DNA of 64,000 nt from Noviherbaspirillum sp. (GCF_035627455.1 NZ_DASPLS010000072.1:32276-96275), one strand, 5' to 3'; shown: positions 30,391 to 40,476, numbered from the stretch's first letter. The notes: generated by a model not told the origin, from the sequence alone. Numbers and translations are program-made.

Positions 30391-31047
30391 ATGAACGACG
30401 AGCGAGTGTTTGAGACCGACGCGGCGCCGGACTGCGGGGGGCGCATTGATGTGACCTGGCACCGCAGCGCGGTCGCTGCGGCCGACCGCGCCCGGCTGCT
30501 GGGCCAGGAGCCGGTTACCGTCTGGCTGACCGGCCTGTCCGGTGCCGGCAAGTCGACGATTGCTTTCGAACTCGAGCGGAGACTGATCGCGCAGGGCCGG
30601 CTTGCATTCGTGCTGGACGGCGACAACGTGCGGCACGGATTGAGCCGCGACCTCGGGTTTTCTCCCGAGGACAGGATGGAAAATATCCGGCGGGCCGCTG
30701 AAGTGTCCAAACTCTTTAATGATGCAGGTCTACTAGTGGTTACAGCTTTTATTTCTCCCTATCGTTGCGACAGGGAGCTTGCGCGCGCCGTCATTGGCGC
30801 GGACCGGTTCATTGAGATCCACCTCTGCACCGACCTGCGTGTATGTGAAGAGCGCGATCCGAAGGGACTGTACCAGAAGGTGCGGCGGGGAGCGATCGGC
30901 GGATTCACCGGCGTGTCTGCTCCCTACGAGCCGCCCGAGGCGCCGGCCATGCGCATCGACACGGCGCGTTCGACCGTGGAGGAAAGTGTGGCGGAAATCC
31001 TGCGGAAACTTGCCCCGGGATTGCAACAGAAGCGATACACTTCCTGA
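30391..31047 (+). CDS. cysC: Adenylyl-sulfate (APS) kinase
   Basis: WLTGLSGAGKST, LDGDNVRHGL, DLGFS, RDPKGLY, FTGVSAPYEPP. Confidence 0.95.
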   Translation: MNDERVFETDAAPDCGGRIDVTWHRSAVAAADRARLLGQEPVTVWLTGLSGAGKSTIAFELERRLIAQGRLAFVLDGDNVRHGLSRDLGFSPEDRMENIRRAAEVSKLFNDAGLLVVTAFISPYRCDRELARAVIGADRFIEIHLCTDLRVCEERDPKGLYQKVRRGAIGGFTGVSAPYEPPEAPAMRIDTARSTVEESVAEILRKLAPGLQQKRYTS

Positions 31048-31055
31048 AAATAATA

Positions 31056-33179
31056 ATGCCTGGGAGACATATCGTGCGGCCATCAGGATGCCTGACGCTG
31101 GCCATGGCTTCGGCCTTGGCGTGGTACTCGGCGGGAGCGTATGCCGAGAGCATGGAGGAGGACGATCTCGCGCTGGTCTACGGCGACAAGTCCATGGTCA
31201 GTATCGCCACCGGCAGCCAGCAATCCCTGCGCCGCGCGCCGGCGGTAGCGACGGTGATCACCGCCGACGACATTGCGGCGATGGGCGCCACCGACCTGGA
31301 TGAGGTGCTGGAATCGGTGCCCGGGGTGCACGTGTCCCGCAATCCCATCGTCTACTCGCCGGTTTACGTGATCCGCGGCATCGGTGCCAGCGGTCCGACC
31401 AACCCGCAGGTCCTGCTGCTGCGAAACGGGATCCCGATGACGTCGATGTACACCGGCGACAAGGGTAACATGTGGAGCGGCATGCCCGTCGAGCACATCG
31501 CGCGCATCGAAATCATTCGCGGACCGGGCTCCGCGCTCTATGGCGCGGACGCGTACTCCGGCGTAATCAACATCATCACCAAGAATGCTGCCGAGATCCA
31601 GGGAACGCAGGTCGGCGCCCGCGCCGGCTCGTTCCGGACCGGGGACGCGTGGGTGCAGCATGGCGGGGCGCTGGGGGCGGTGGATGTTTCGGCCTATCTG
31701 CAGGTGGGCAGCACCGCAGGATTCAAGGAAACCATCGCTGCCGATGCGCAGACGCGCAACGACAGGGCCTTCGGTACGAACGCGAGCCTCGCGCCCGGTT
31801 CGATCAACACCGGGCGCGATGCGGTCGACGCCAGCCTCGATTTCGCTTACGGCAAATGGCGGCTGCGCACCCATTATGCGCGGCGCGACAATGTCGGCAC
31901 CGGCGCGGGGGTGTCGTCCGCACTGGACCCGGCCGGCTACGCGAAGAGCCATCGCGCCGGCGGCGACCTGTCCTGGACCGATCCGCAGTTCGCGCAGGAT
32001 TGGGGCGCCGGCCTTACCGCCAGCTATCTCCGTTACGTGGAACTGACGCCCAACCGGCTGACCCTGCTGCCTCCCGGGCTGCGCCTGCCGACCGGCCTGT
32101 TTCCCGAGGGGATGATAGGCGGGCCGAACCGATGGGAACGGCAGTTGCGCCTCGGCGCCTACGCGGTCTACACGGGCTTCGCTGCGCACCAGCTGCGCTT
32201 CGGTGTCGGCCATGATGATCTCGACCTGTACAAGACCACCACCTACAAGAACTTCATGCTGAGCCCGGCCGGCGTGCCGATCCCGACCGGCCCGGTGATC
32301 GAATACTCTGCGCTCCAGCCGCATATCCTGCCCCAAAGGCGCAAGGTGAATTACGTCTACGTGCAGGACGAGTGGAAGTTTACGCGAGACTGGGCGCTGA
32401 CGGCGGGCGTGCGGCATGACCGCTATTCAGATTTTGGCGGCACCACGAATCCTCGTCTTGCGCTCGTATGGGACGCCGCGCTCGACGTCACCACCAAGCT
32501 GCTGTACGGAAGGGCATTCCGCGCACCCTCCTTTAACGAGCAGTACGGGATCAACCCGGTCGCCAACGGCAATCCGGGTCTCCGTCCGGAACTGATCAAC
32601 ACCCTGGAATGGACCGCCTCCTGGCAGGCGCGGCGTGACCTGCAGTTCAATATGACCATCTTCAAGTACGCCATGTCCGACATTATCCGCGCCGTGCCGA
32701 ACGCGGTGGCGGGAACCGGCTCGACCTATACCAATGCCGGCAGCCAGCACGGCAGCGGGCTGGAGCTGGAGCTGGCATGGGATGCTTCGCGCACCCTGCG
32801 CGTCACCGGCAACTACGCATACCAGCGCTCGATCGACGAGGCAACCGGCCAGGACGCCGGATATGCGCCGCGCCAGCAGATTTACGGGCGGGCCGACTGG
32901 CGCTTTGGCGGCGGCTGGATCCTCAGTCCCCAGCTGAACTGGGTGGCAGCCCGGAAAAGGCCGGTGGGCGACCCCCGGCCGGCCGTACGCGATTACACCT
33001 CGGTCGACGTGACGCTGCGTAGCAATCGCGGGCGCGACCAGTGGGATTTTGCATTCTCGGCGCGCAATCTGTTCAACGCGGATATCCGCGAACCCAGCCT
33101 GGCGCCGGGCGTGGCCATCCCGAACGACCTGCCGATGGCCGGGCGGGCGTTCTACCTGCAGGCGGTCTACAGGATGTAG
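31056..33179 (+). CDS. TonB-dependent receptor
   Basis: Plug APAVATVIT, IEIIRGPGSALYG..GVINIIT; beta-barrel; ARNLFN, C-terminal YLQAVYRM. Confidence 0.92.
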   Translation: MPGRHIVRPSGCLTLAMASALAWYSAGAYAESMEEDDLALVYGDKSMVSIATGSQQSLRRAPAVATVITADDIAAMGATDLDEVLESVPGVHVSRNPIVYSPVYVIRGIGASGPTNPQVLLLRNGIPMTSMYTGDKGNMWSGMPVEHIARIEIIRGPGSALYGADAYSGVINIITKNAAEIQGTQVGARAGSFRTGDAWVQHGGALGAVDVSAYLQVGSTAGFKETIAADAQTRNDRAFGTNASLAPGSINTGRDAVDASLDFAYGKWRLRTHYARRDNVGTGAGVSSALDPAGYAKSHRAGGDLSWTDPQFAQDWGAGLTASYLRYVELTPNRLTLLPPGLRLPTGLFPEGMIGGPNRWERQLRLGAYAVYTGFAAHQLRFGVGHDDLDLYKTTTYKNFMLSPAGVPIPTGPVIEYSALQPHILPQRRKVNYVYVQDEWKFTRDWALTAGVRHDRYSDFGGTTNPRLALVWDAALDVTTKLLYGRAFRAPSFNEQYGINPVANGNPGLRPELINTLEWTASWQARRDLQFNMTIFKYAMSDIIRAVPNAVAGTGSTYTNAGSQHGSGLELELAWDASRTLRVTGNYAYQRSIDEATGQDAGYAPRQQIYGRADWRFGGGWILSPQLNWVAARKRPVGDPRPAVRDYTSVDVTLRSNRGRDQWDFAFSARNLFNADIREPSLAPGVAIPNDLPMAGRAFYLQAVYRM

Positions 33180-33334
33180 GCGGCGACGTACGACAAGTGC
33201 CGCTGCCGGGTAGCCGGGTGCGCAGCGGCGGGAATACGGTTTTTCCGGCTGCAAGACAGGGTACGGTTTTTCCCCTCGGTTCTTTTTGGGATATCGTCTG
33301 ATGAATCGGCGTCACAGTTTGCTGCAGTAAGAAA

Positions 33335-34450
33335 ATGGCGGAGGCTAGTTTCCTGATCGGCCGCCGGATGCGGGTAGGCGCGCACGCCTTGGGTTGCGTG
33401 CTGTGCCTGCCGCTGGCATTCGCGCCGGGAGCGGCGCAGGCGGCGTCCGCCGACGCCGATGCCATCCATCAGCAGGGCAGCCCCTTCGAGTCCCGTCGTT
33501 CCGTACGCGGCGCGCGCACCGATCTCTCCCCGATCAGCCTGGCAGAACCGGGTGACGGCGCCAGGCGTGCCGACACGCAGGCCGCCGGCACGCTGGCGGT
33601 GGTCTACCCCGACATCGGCGAGCCCTATCGCAGCGTATTCGCGAAGATCATCGAAGGCATCGAAGACGGTGCCCGCAGCGCGGTGCGCAGTTATCCGATC
33701 GCCGCCAACCAGGATCCGGCCGAGCTCAACGCGCAGCTCAAACGCAACGGCACCAGGGGGGTGATCGCGCTGGGCCGCCAGGGCCTGCGTGCGACAGCGG
33801 GGCTCGACCGCGACATTCCGGTGGTCGTCGGCGGCGTGCTCGCGATCCCGGACGCGGAAAACCGCAGCCTGACCGGCATCAGCCTCACGCCCGATCCGGC
33901 GCTGCTGTTCGCCCGCCTCAAGAGCCTGATGCCGGGCGTAAAACGCGTCATCGTCGTCTACGATCCGCAGCACAACGAATGGCTCATCAGGCTGGCGCGC
34001 GAGGCTGCCAGGACTCAGGGGCTCGAACTCGCCGCACACGAAGCGCGCGACATGAGTACTGCCGCCCGCGCCTATGAAAGCGTGTTTGCCGGCAGCGACA
34101 GCCGCCGCGACGCGGTATGGCTGCCGCAGGACACGACCACCGTCGACGAAAACACCATCCTGCCGCTGGTGCTGAAGGAGTCGTGGAACCGCAGCGTGCC
34201 GGTCTTCTCCAGCAGCTTCGTGCATGTGAAAAAGGGCGCCTTGTTTGCGCTTTATCCGAACAACGTCGAGCTCGGGCGCACGCTGGCCGGTTCCGCGCAA
34301 GCGCTCATGGCGGGTGACGCGCGGCGCCGCGGGCTGGTGCCCCTGCGGGAAGTGCAAACCGCGGTCAACCTGCGCACCGCCAGCCACATCGGCCTGAACA
34401 TCAGCTTTCAGCAGCAACGCAGTTTCGATTTCATCTTTCCGGAGCCCTGA
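33335..34450 (+). CDS. Orphan periplasmic binding protein (ABC_sub_bind-like)
   Basis: Signal region, LTGISLTPDP, VKRVIVVYDP, DAVWLPQD, GALFALYP; no permease or ATPase genes adjacent. Confidence 0.8.
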   Translation: MAEASFLIGRRMRVGAHALGCVLCLPLAFAPGAAQAASADADAIHQQGSPFESRRSVRGARTDLSPISLAEPGDGARRADTQAAGTLAVVYPDIGEPYRSVFAKIIEGIEDGARSAVRSYPIAANQDPAELNAQLKRNGTRGVIALGRQGLRATAGLDRDIPVVVGGVLAIPDAENRSLTGISLTPDPALLFARLKSLMPGVKRVIVVYDPQHNEWLIRLAREAARTQGLELAAHEARDMSTAARAYESVFAGSDSRRDAVWLPQDTTTVDENTILPLVLKESWNRSVPVFSSSFVHVKKGALFALYPNNVELGRTLAGSAQALMAGDARRRGLVPLREVQTAVNLRTASHIGLNISFQQQRSFDFIFPEP

Positions 34451-34556
34451 TGCATAGAGCGAGAGACAACAGGAGCATGCTTGCACCGTTGCGGTACCGT
34501 GCGGCGGCAAGCAAGGCACATGTCGGCCGTGGCGGCCGCCCCACTTTTGTTCGGAC

Positions 34557-37500
34557 ATGATGTTTCGCGATTTCCTCAGCCGCACCGGTTTTCGCCGGCA
34601 GCTCACCGTCGTCGTCAGCGCCGCCATTCTCGGCCTGGCGCTGTTTTCCTCGCTGATGAATTCCTGGGAGGCCAGCCGCCGCATGGAGCGCTATCTCGTC
34701 GAACAGGGGCAGCGCATCAGCGAGAACCTGGCGCTGCAGAGCGTACTCTCCATGCTCTACCATTCGGCCGACAATGCCCGCGACGGCGTCAATACCACGC
34801 TTGCCTTCCCCGATGTGCTGCGCGTCGAACTGATCGACAGCGCGAACCAGGTGCTGTTGTCGCAGGCCAAGCAGGGCGCCGACGCGAGCCGGACCAAACG
34901 CGCCGGCGGCGACGTCTCGCGCGCGACGCTGGTGCACGAGGACAACGACGAATGGCATTTCAAGGCGCCGGTCTACAGCGGCCAGTCCGATACCAATCCG
35001 TTCGATCTCACCGAGCGCAAGCCGGAACTGCTGGGCCATGTCTATGTCGTCATCGGCAAGGGCACCCTGAACCGCCTCGTGACCTCGCTGTTGATCGGCA
35101 ATCTCGCGATCACGCTGTCGTTCGCCGCCGTTCTGCTCGGCATCATGCGGCTTCTGGCACGCCACATGATTCGTCCCCTGAACGCGCTGTCGCGCCTGAT
35201 GGGCCGCGCCGAAGCCGGGGAATCCGGCATGCGGGCCAAGCCCGCCGGTCCGCGCGACATCGTCGATATGGCGCATGCATTCAACAAGATGATGGACGTG
35301 CTGGAGGAGCGCGAGGCCGAACTCAAGAAATCCCGCGACGAAGCGTTGCGTACCGCCCTGATGAAGACCCAGTTCGCCGCTACCGTCAGCCATGAAGTGC
35401 GCACCCCCCTCAACGGCGTTGTCGGCATGCTCGACATGCTCAAGGAAATGCGGCTGACCAAGCGCCAGCAGGAATGCGTGGATGTCGCGTGGAACTCGGC
35501 ACGCGCGCTGATCGAGCTGATCAACGACATTCTCGATTTCTCGAAGATGGAGGCGGGCAAGCTGGAGCTGGACGAGATCGAATTCGACCTGCGCAAGCTG
35601 GTCGAGGAAGTGATCGAACTGCTTGCCAAGCAGGCACAACAGAAAGGGCTCGAGATCGGCTACCTGATCGCGCCGGATGTGCCCGACCGGATCTGCGGCG
35701 ACTCCCTGCGCCTGCGCCAGGTGCTGCTGAACCTGATCGGCAATGCAGTGAAATTCACCGAGCACGGGGAAGTGGCGGTGCGCATCTCGCTCGCGCCCGC
35801 CGCCGAGGGGGGATTCGGGCTGCGTTTCGAGGTGGCGGACACCGGCATCGGCATGAGCGAAGAAGCGGTCCAGCATATCTTTGAATCCTTCGCGCAGGCC
35901 GATCGCTCCACCACGCGCAAGTACGGCGGCACCGGGCTGGGGCTCGCGATCTGCCGGCAGCTGGTGGCGCTGATGCAGGGCGAGATCGCGGTCAGCAGCG
36001 AGCCGGGAAGGGGCAGCGCGTTCTGGTTCACCGTCCTTTGCAGGCGCGCCGGGCAGGCTGCGCCCGTCGAGCGCCGGGCACTGCCGGGCGTGCGCGTCCT
36101 GGTGGTCGACGCGAGCGACATTGTGCGTGCCTTCGTCGAGCAGACGCTCGCGCGCGCCGGCGCATACTGCCTCGCCCTGCCGTCGGGCGCTGCAGTGCCG
36201 GCCGAACTGGCACGCGCGGAGCAGGCCGGTCTGTGCTATGACCTCGTGATCATGGATGTCGATACCGTGGATGAGCGCGGCACCGATCTGGTGCGCCGCA
36301 TTCGGATCGATGCGAGCGCATCGGGCCCGCGCATCCTGGTGCTGGACCGGTATGCGGCGCCGATGGGAAGCAGGTCGCTCGGGGCTGATCTCTATCTGGG
36401 CAAACCGCTGCGCCAGCAGCGCCTGCTGGAAGCGGTGCAGCGCCTGCAGCCGGGCGAGCAGGTGACGGCGGCCGCGGCGTTCGCGCTGCCGCCTCCGGCC
36501 GGCGTGGCGAGCGCGGCCAAGGAGTACCGCGTACTGGTGGCCGAAGACAACCGGACCAACCAGATGGTGGCGGGCGGCATGCTGACGATGAACGGCTGCG
36601 AATGCGAGTTCGCCGCGAACGGACGGGAAGCGGTGGAAGCGGCGCGCCGCACGCGCTTCGACCTGATCCTGATGGATTGCAGCATGCCGGAAATGGACGG
36701 CTACGAGGCGACCGCCCATATCCGCAGTTTCGAAGAGCCGTCCGGCCGCCGGACACCGATTGTCGCGATGACCGCCAATACCCAGCAGGGCGATGCGGAG
36801 AAGTGCCTCGCCGCCGGCATGGACGATTACCTTGCCAAGCCGATCACGCTGGTCGAACTGCGCCACAAGCTCGAGCGCTGGCTGGCGCGCGGCGCGGCGC
36901 AGACCCGGGCGCTGCCGCCCGAAGCCGCCGCGCACGAGGGGGATGGCGGCGCGCTCGACCTGGATGTGTTCGACAAACTGCGCGAGATCCTCGGTCCGGC
37001 ATTGCAGCAGACGGTCACGCCTTTCATCGAAGATACGCCCGGCTATCTGAGCCAGCTCGAGCAGGCGGTGCACGATGGCGACAGCGACACCGCGCGGGCG
37101 ATGGCGCATTCGATCAAGGGCAGCAGCGGCAACCTCGGCGCCAGCACGCTGGCGCAGCTGTCAAAGGAGATCGAAGAGCTGGCGATCGAGCGGCGCACCA
37201 CCGACATCCAGCCGCTGCTCGTACGCCTGCGCCAGGCGTACGAAGCGGTGGCGGTGGTGTTGCGCGGCGAGATGTTCAGCGAGGACAGGTTGAGTGTGCG
37301 CCAGGGCGAGGAAATCGCGCAGGTGCTGGTGGTCGACGATGACCGCAGTACCCGCAGTTCGCTGCGCCATACCTTGCAGCGCGACGGGTTCCGGGTCGAG
37401 GAGGCGGCCGACGGGCTGCAGGCGCTGCAGCTGCTCAAGCGCATGCGTCCCGACGTCATCCTGATGGATGCGGTGATGCCGGTGATGGACGGCTTCACCG

Positions 37501-39029
37501 CCTGTGCGCGGGTACAGGAGCTGCCTAACGGCAGCTCGATCCCGGTCCTGATGATCACCGCGCTGGAGGACAACAACTCCGTCGAGCGTGCGTTCGCCGC
37601 GGGCGCGAGCGACTACATTCCCAAGCCCATCCATTTCGCCGTGCTGTCGCAGCGGGTGCGGCGCATCATCGAGGCCAACCAGGCGGAGAAACGGATCCGC
37701 CATCTCGCCTATAACGACCTGCTCACCGGCTTGCCGAACCGCGCGCTGTTCATGGACCAGCTTGGACGGCGCATCGAGCAGGCGCGAGCCGCCGGCGAAG
37801 CGATCGCGGTGCTGTTCCTCGACCTCGACCGCTTCAAGAACGTCAACGACACGCTCGGCCATGACGTGGGCGACCGCCTGCTGGTCGCGGTCGCGCAGCG
37901 GATCCGGCGCAGCGTGCGCAATGCCGACTGCGTGGCGCGTCTGGGCGGCGACGAATTCACCGTGGTGCTGGCGGAGGTGAACGGACCGAACGCCGCAGTC
38001 AGTGCCGCTCAAAACATCTGCCGTGCGCTGGCCACCCCGTTCCAGATCGACGGCCACGATATCTTCGTCACCACCAGCGTCGGCATCTCCATGTATCCGC
38101 ATGACGCCACCGACGTCGGTACCCTGCTCAAGCATGCCGACACCGCGATGTACCGTGCGAAGCGCACCAACGGCGGATTCCAGTTCTTCGAGGCGTCGAT
38201 GGAACACTCGATTTCGGAGCATGTGCGCATGGAGAGCGACCTGCGCCGGGCGATCGAGCGCAATGAACTGGAAGTGTTCTACCAGCCGCAGGCGCGCGTC
38301 GATAACGGCCAGGTGATCGGCGCCGAGGCGCTGCTGCGCTGGCGCCATCCGACGCGCGGCATGGTTTCTCCGGCGGATTTCATCCCGCTGGCGGAGGAGA
38401 CCGGCCTGATCAACCAGATCGGCGCGTGGGTGCTGCATACGGCCTGCGCCCAGCTGCAGGCCTGGGCGAAGGCCGGCCTGCCGCAGCTTCGGATCGCGGT
38501 CAACCTGTCGGTCAAGCAATTGCTGAAGAAGGACTTCGCGGCCACGGTCGAGCAGGCGCTGGGCGACAGTGGTCTGTCGCCCAGCCTGCTGGAACTGGAA
38601 ATCACTGAAAGCACCTTGATGGAAAACGCACAGGATACGCTGGAAGCGTTGCATCGCCTGCGCAACCTCGGGGTGCGGCTGTCGATCGATGATTTCGGTA
38701 CCGGCTATTCTTCCCTGTCCTACCTGAAGCGCTTCCCGGTCGACATCATCAAGATCGACCGCTCCTTCGTGCGCGACGTGCCCACCGACGCCGACGACGC
38801 ATCGATCGTGACGGGCATCATCGCGCTCGCGCACAGCCTGCGGCTGGAGGTGGTCGCCGAAGGCGTGGAAACCGAGGCGCAGCTGCGCTTCCTGCGCGAA
38901 CAGTCCTGCGACCTGCTGCAGGGGTATTACCTGAGCCAGCCGGTGCCGGCGGAGCAGTTCGAGCGCAACATCCTGAGCAGGGCCGGCGCGCGCTGGGAGG
39001 GAAGGGCAAGGAGTCTGCCGGGGATCTGA
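34557..39029 (+). CDS. Membrane hybrid sensor: HAMP-HisKA-HATPase-REC-REC-HPt-REC-GGDEF-EAL
   Basis: SHEVRTPLNG, NLIGNAVKFT, DTGIGM, GGTGLGL, DLILMDCSMPEMDG, AHSIKGSSGNLG, DVILMDAVMP, RLGGDEF, EALLRW, DDFGTGYSSL. Confidence 0.95.
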   Translation: MMFRDFLSRTGFRRQLTVVVSAAILGLALFSSLMNSWEASRRMERYLVEQGQRISENLALQSVLSMLYHSADNARDGVNTTLAFPDVLRVELIDSANQVLLSQAKQGADASRTKRAGGDVSRATLVHEDNDEWHFKAPVYSGQSDTNPFDLTERKPELLGHVYVVIGKGTLNRLVTSLLIGNLAITLSFAAVLLGIMRLLARHMIRPLNALSRLMGRAEAGESGMRAKPAGPRDIVDMAHAFNKMMDVLEEREAELKKSRDEALRTALMKTQFAATVSHEVRTPLNGVVGMLDMLKEMRLTKRQQECVDVAWNSARALIELINDILDFSKMEAGKLELDEIEFDLRKLVEEVIELLAKQAQQKGLEIGYLIAPDVPDRICGDSLRLRQVLLNLIGNAVKFTEHGEVAVRISLAPAAEGGFGLRFEVADTGIGMSEEAVQHIFESFAQADRSTTRKYGGTGLGLAICRQLVALMQGEIAVSSEPGRGSAFWFTVLCRRAGQAAPVERRALPGVRVLVVDASDIVRAFVEQTLARAGAYCLALPSGAAVPAELARAEQAGLCYDLVIMDVDTVDERGTDLVRRIRIDASASGPRILVLDRYAAPMGSRSLGADLYLGKPLRQQRLLEAVQRLQPGEQVTAAAAFALPPPAGVASAAKEYRVLVAEDNRTNQMVAGGMLTMNGCECEFAANGREAVEAARRTRFDLILMDCSMPEMDGYEATAHIRSFEEPSGRRTPIVAMTANTQQGDAEKCLAAGMDDYLAKPITLVELRHKLERWLARGAAQTRALPPEAAAHEGDGGALDLDVFDKLREILGPALQQTVTPFIEDTPGYLSQLEQAVHDGDSDTARAMAHSIKGSSGNLGASTLAQLSKEIEELAIERRTTDIQPLLVRLRQAYEAVAVVLRGEMFSEDRLSVRQGEEIAQVLVVDDDRSTRSSLRHTLQRDGFRVEEAADGLQALQLLKRMRPDVILMDAVMPVMDGFTACARVQELPNGSSIPVLMITALEDNNSVERAFAAGASDYIPKPIHFAVLSQRVRRIIEANQAEKRIRHLAYNDLLTGLPNRALFMDQLGRRIEQARAAGEAIAVLFLDLDRFKNVNDTLGHDVGDRLLVAVAQRIRRSVRNADCVARLGGDEFTVVLAEVNGPNAAVSAAQNICRALATPFQIDGHDIFVTTSVGISMYPHDATDVGTLLKHADTAMYRAKRTNGGFQFFEASMEHSISEHVRMESDLRRAIERNELEVFYQPQARVDNGQVIGAEALLRWRHPTRGMVSPADFIPLAEETGLINQIGAWVLHTACAQLQAWAKAGLPQLRIAVNLSVKQLLKKDFAATVEQALGDSGLSPSLLELEITESTLMENAQDTLEALHRLRNLGVRLSIDDFGTGYSSLSYLKRFPVDIIKIDRSFVRDVPTDADDASIVTGIIALAHSLRLEVVAEGVETEAQLRFLREQSCDLLQGYYLSQPVPAEQFERNILSRAGARWEGRARSLPGI

Positions 39030-39127
39030 GGCGGCGCCGATCAATGCGGCAGGGCAGGGGGCGGGCCGGCAAGGGCCGGTATGAACGGCCAGCCCCGTCC
39101 CTTGTCCGGAAGCCTGGTCCGACAGCC

Positions 39128-40261
39128 CTAGCGCACGAACTTTCCGTTGCGGCCGATCATCGTCAATTCGACGAATTCGCTGCCGGTATGATCGTCCGGC
39201 CCGTACGTCACCATCAGACCGCCGAAGTCCACGCGCTGCATCGATTCGAGCGCGCGGATGAAGGCTTCGCGCGTCAGCTTCGGGCCGGCGCGGCGCAGTC
39301 CCTCGACCAGCACCTTCGCGTTCACGAAGCCTTCCATTGCCGCATACGAAACCGTCACGCCAGACGCCTTGGCCAGCAGGTTGAATTCCTGACCGAGCGG
39401 CGTGGATATCAGGTGCGGCGCCGGCGTGATCTGCGTGACGACGACGCCATTGCCGGCGGCGCCGAGATCCTTGACGAAGGACTGCGAGGAGTTGTTCGAC
39501 ATCGTCATGATCTGCATCTGCCCGCCCTGGGCACGGATGGCCTTGATCACTTCCGCGGTGTTCTTTGCCGAGCTGACAATGATGAGCGCGGCCGGCGCGG
39601 CCTTGATCACCTCTGCTGCGGTTGCCGCGACATCCGGATTGACGCGCGCGAACTTGACGATGGAAACCGGCTTCAGCTTGCGTGACTCCATCGCTTTCCT
39701 GAAGCCTTCGAGACCATCCTGGCCGAATGCGTCGTCCACATGCAGGATGCTGATGTCGCGGATGCCGATGGTCGCGAAGTGCTCCACCGCCCTGGTGATT
39801 TCATCCTGGTATTTCGCCCGGATATTGAAGACGAGCCGGTTGAGCGGCTGATGGAACACCGCCGCCCCGGTGCTCGGCGCCAGCAGCGGGACGCCGCTGG
39901 CCTCGAGCAGCGGCAGGATGCCCTGGGTATGCGGTGTGCCGCGGGTCTGGAACAACGCGAAAACCCGCTCCTTGCGAATCAGGGTTTCCGCATTGGCAAG
40001 GGTCTGCGCCGGGTCGAACTTGTCGTCAAGCGTGTGCAGCGTGATCTTGCGCCCGTGTACGCCGCCCTTGCGGTTCACCTGCTCGAAATACGCCCGTGCG
40101 CCTTCGTTCATTTCTTTTACCGGGCCGGCTACCGTGCCTGTCACACCGACGGTCTGCCCGATCACGACTGTGGTATCGGAGACACCATCTTCGGCGGAGG
40201 CTGAAATCGCAGTGCAAGTAAGCAATAATGCTGTAAAGAGATACCGACAGTGCCTGCGCAT
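39128..40261 (-). CDS. Periplasmic binding protein, Leu/Ile/Val (Peripla_BP_6) family
   Basis: Signal peptide, VIGQT, GGVHGRKI, LDDKFDP, EGFVNAK. Confidence 0.87.
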   Translation of the reverse strand: MRRHCRYLFTALLLTCTAISASAEDGVSDTTVVIGQTVGVTGTVAGPVKEMNEGARAYFEQVNRKGGVHGRKITLHTLDDKFDPAQTLANAETLIRKERVFALFQTRGTPHTQGILPLLEASGVPLLAPSTGAAVFHQPLNRLVFNIRAKYQDEITRAVEHFATIGIRDISILHVDDAFGQDGLEGFRKAMESRKLKPVSIVKFARVNPDVAATAAEVIKAAPAALIIVSSAKNTAEVIKAIRAQGGQMQIMTMSNNSSQSFVKDLGAAGNGVVVTQITPAPHLISTPLGQEFNLLAKASGVTVSYAAMEGFVNAKVLVEGLRRAGPKLTREAFIRALESMQRVDFGGLMVTYGPDDHTGSEFVELTMIGRNGKFVR

Positions 40262-40439
40262 GTCTTGTCCTGTTTCGAGGGGGGAACAGGCATTGTTGGA
40301 GCTTGCACTACCGACAGCAATTGTGGGTTTTACGTAACGCTCTGCCTGCAGAATGTGCAGTTTGCATTGATGGAGGTCAAGCGCAGCCGTTTTGCGGGGC
40401 AGGTTTCGTTGCGCGGGCGCGAGATCGCATAAAATGCGA

Positions 40440-40454
40440 TTGTGCGTTGCACAA
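40440..40454. promoter_or_regulatory. Palindrome TTGTGC-N3-GCACAA upstream of the GNAT gene (PhaR-like operator?)
   Basis: Perfect 6-bp inverted repeat just before the RBS; regulator identity is inferred. Confidence 0.45.
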
Positions 40455-40476
40455 ATTGCAGTGAAAGGAGTGCATT

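Noticed and set aside
34431-37109. 892-aa antisense ORF (also 37161-39044)
   Set aside because: Stop-poor shadow of a high-GC gene; no domain motifs.
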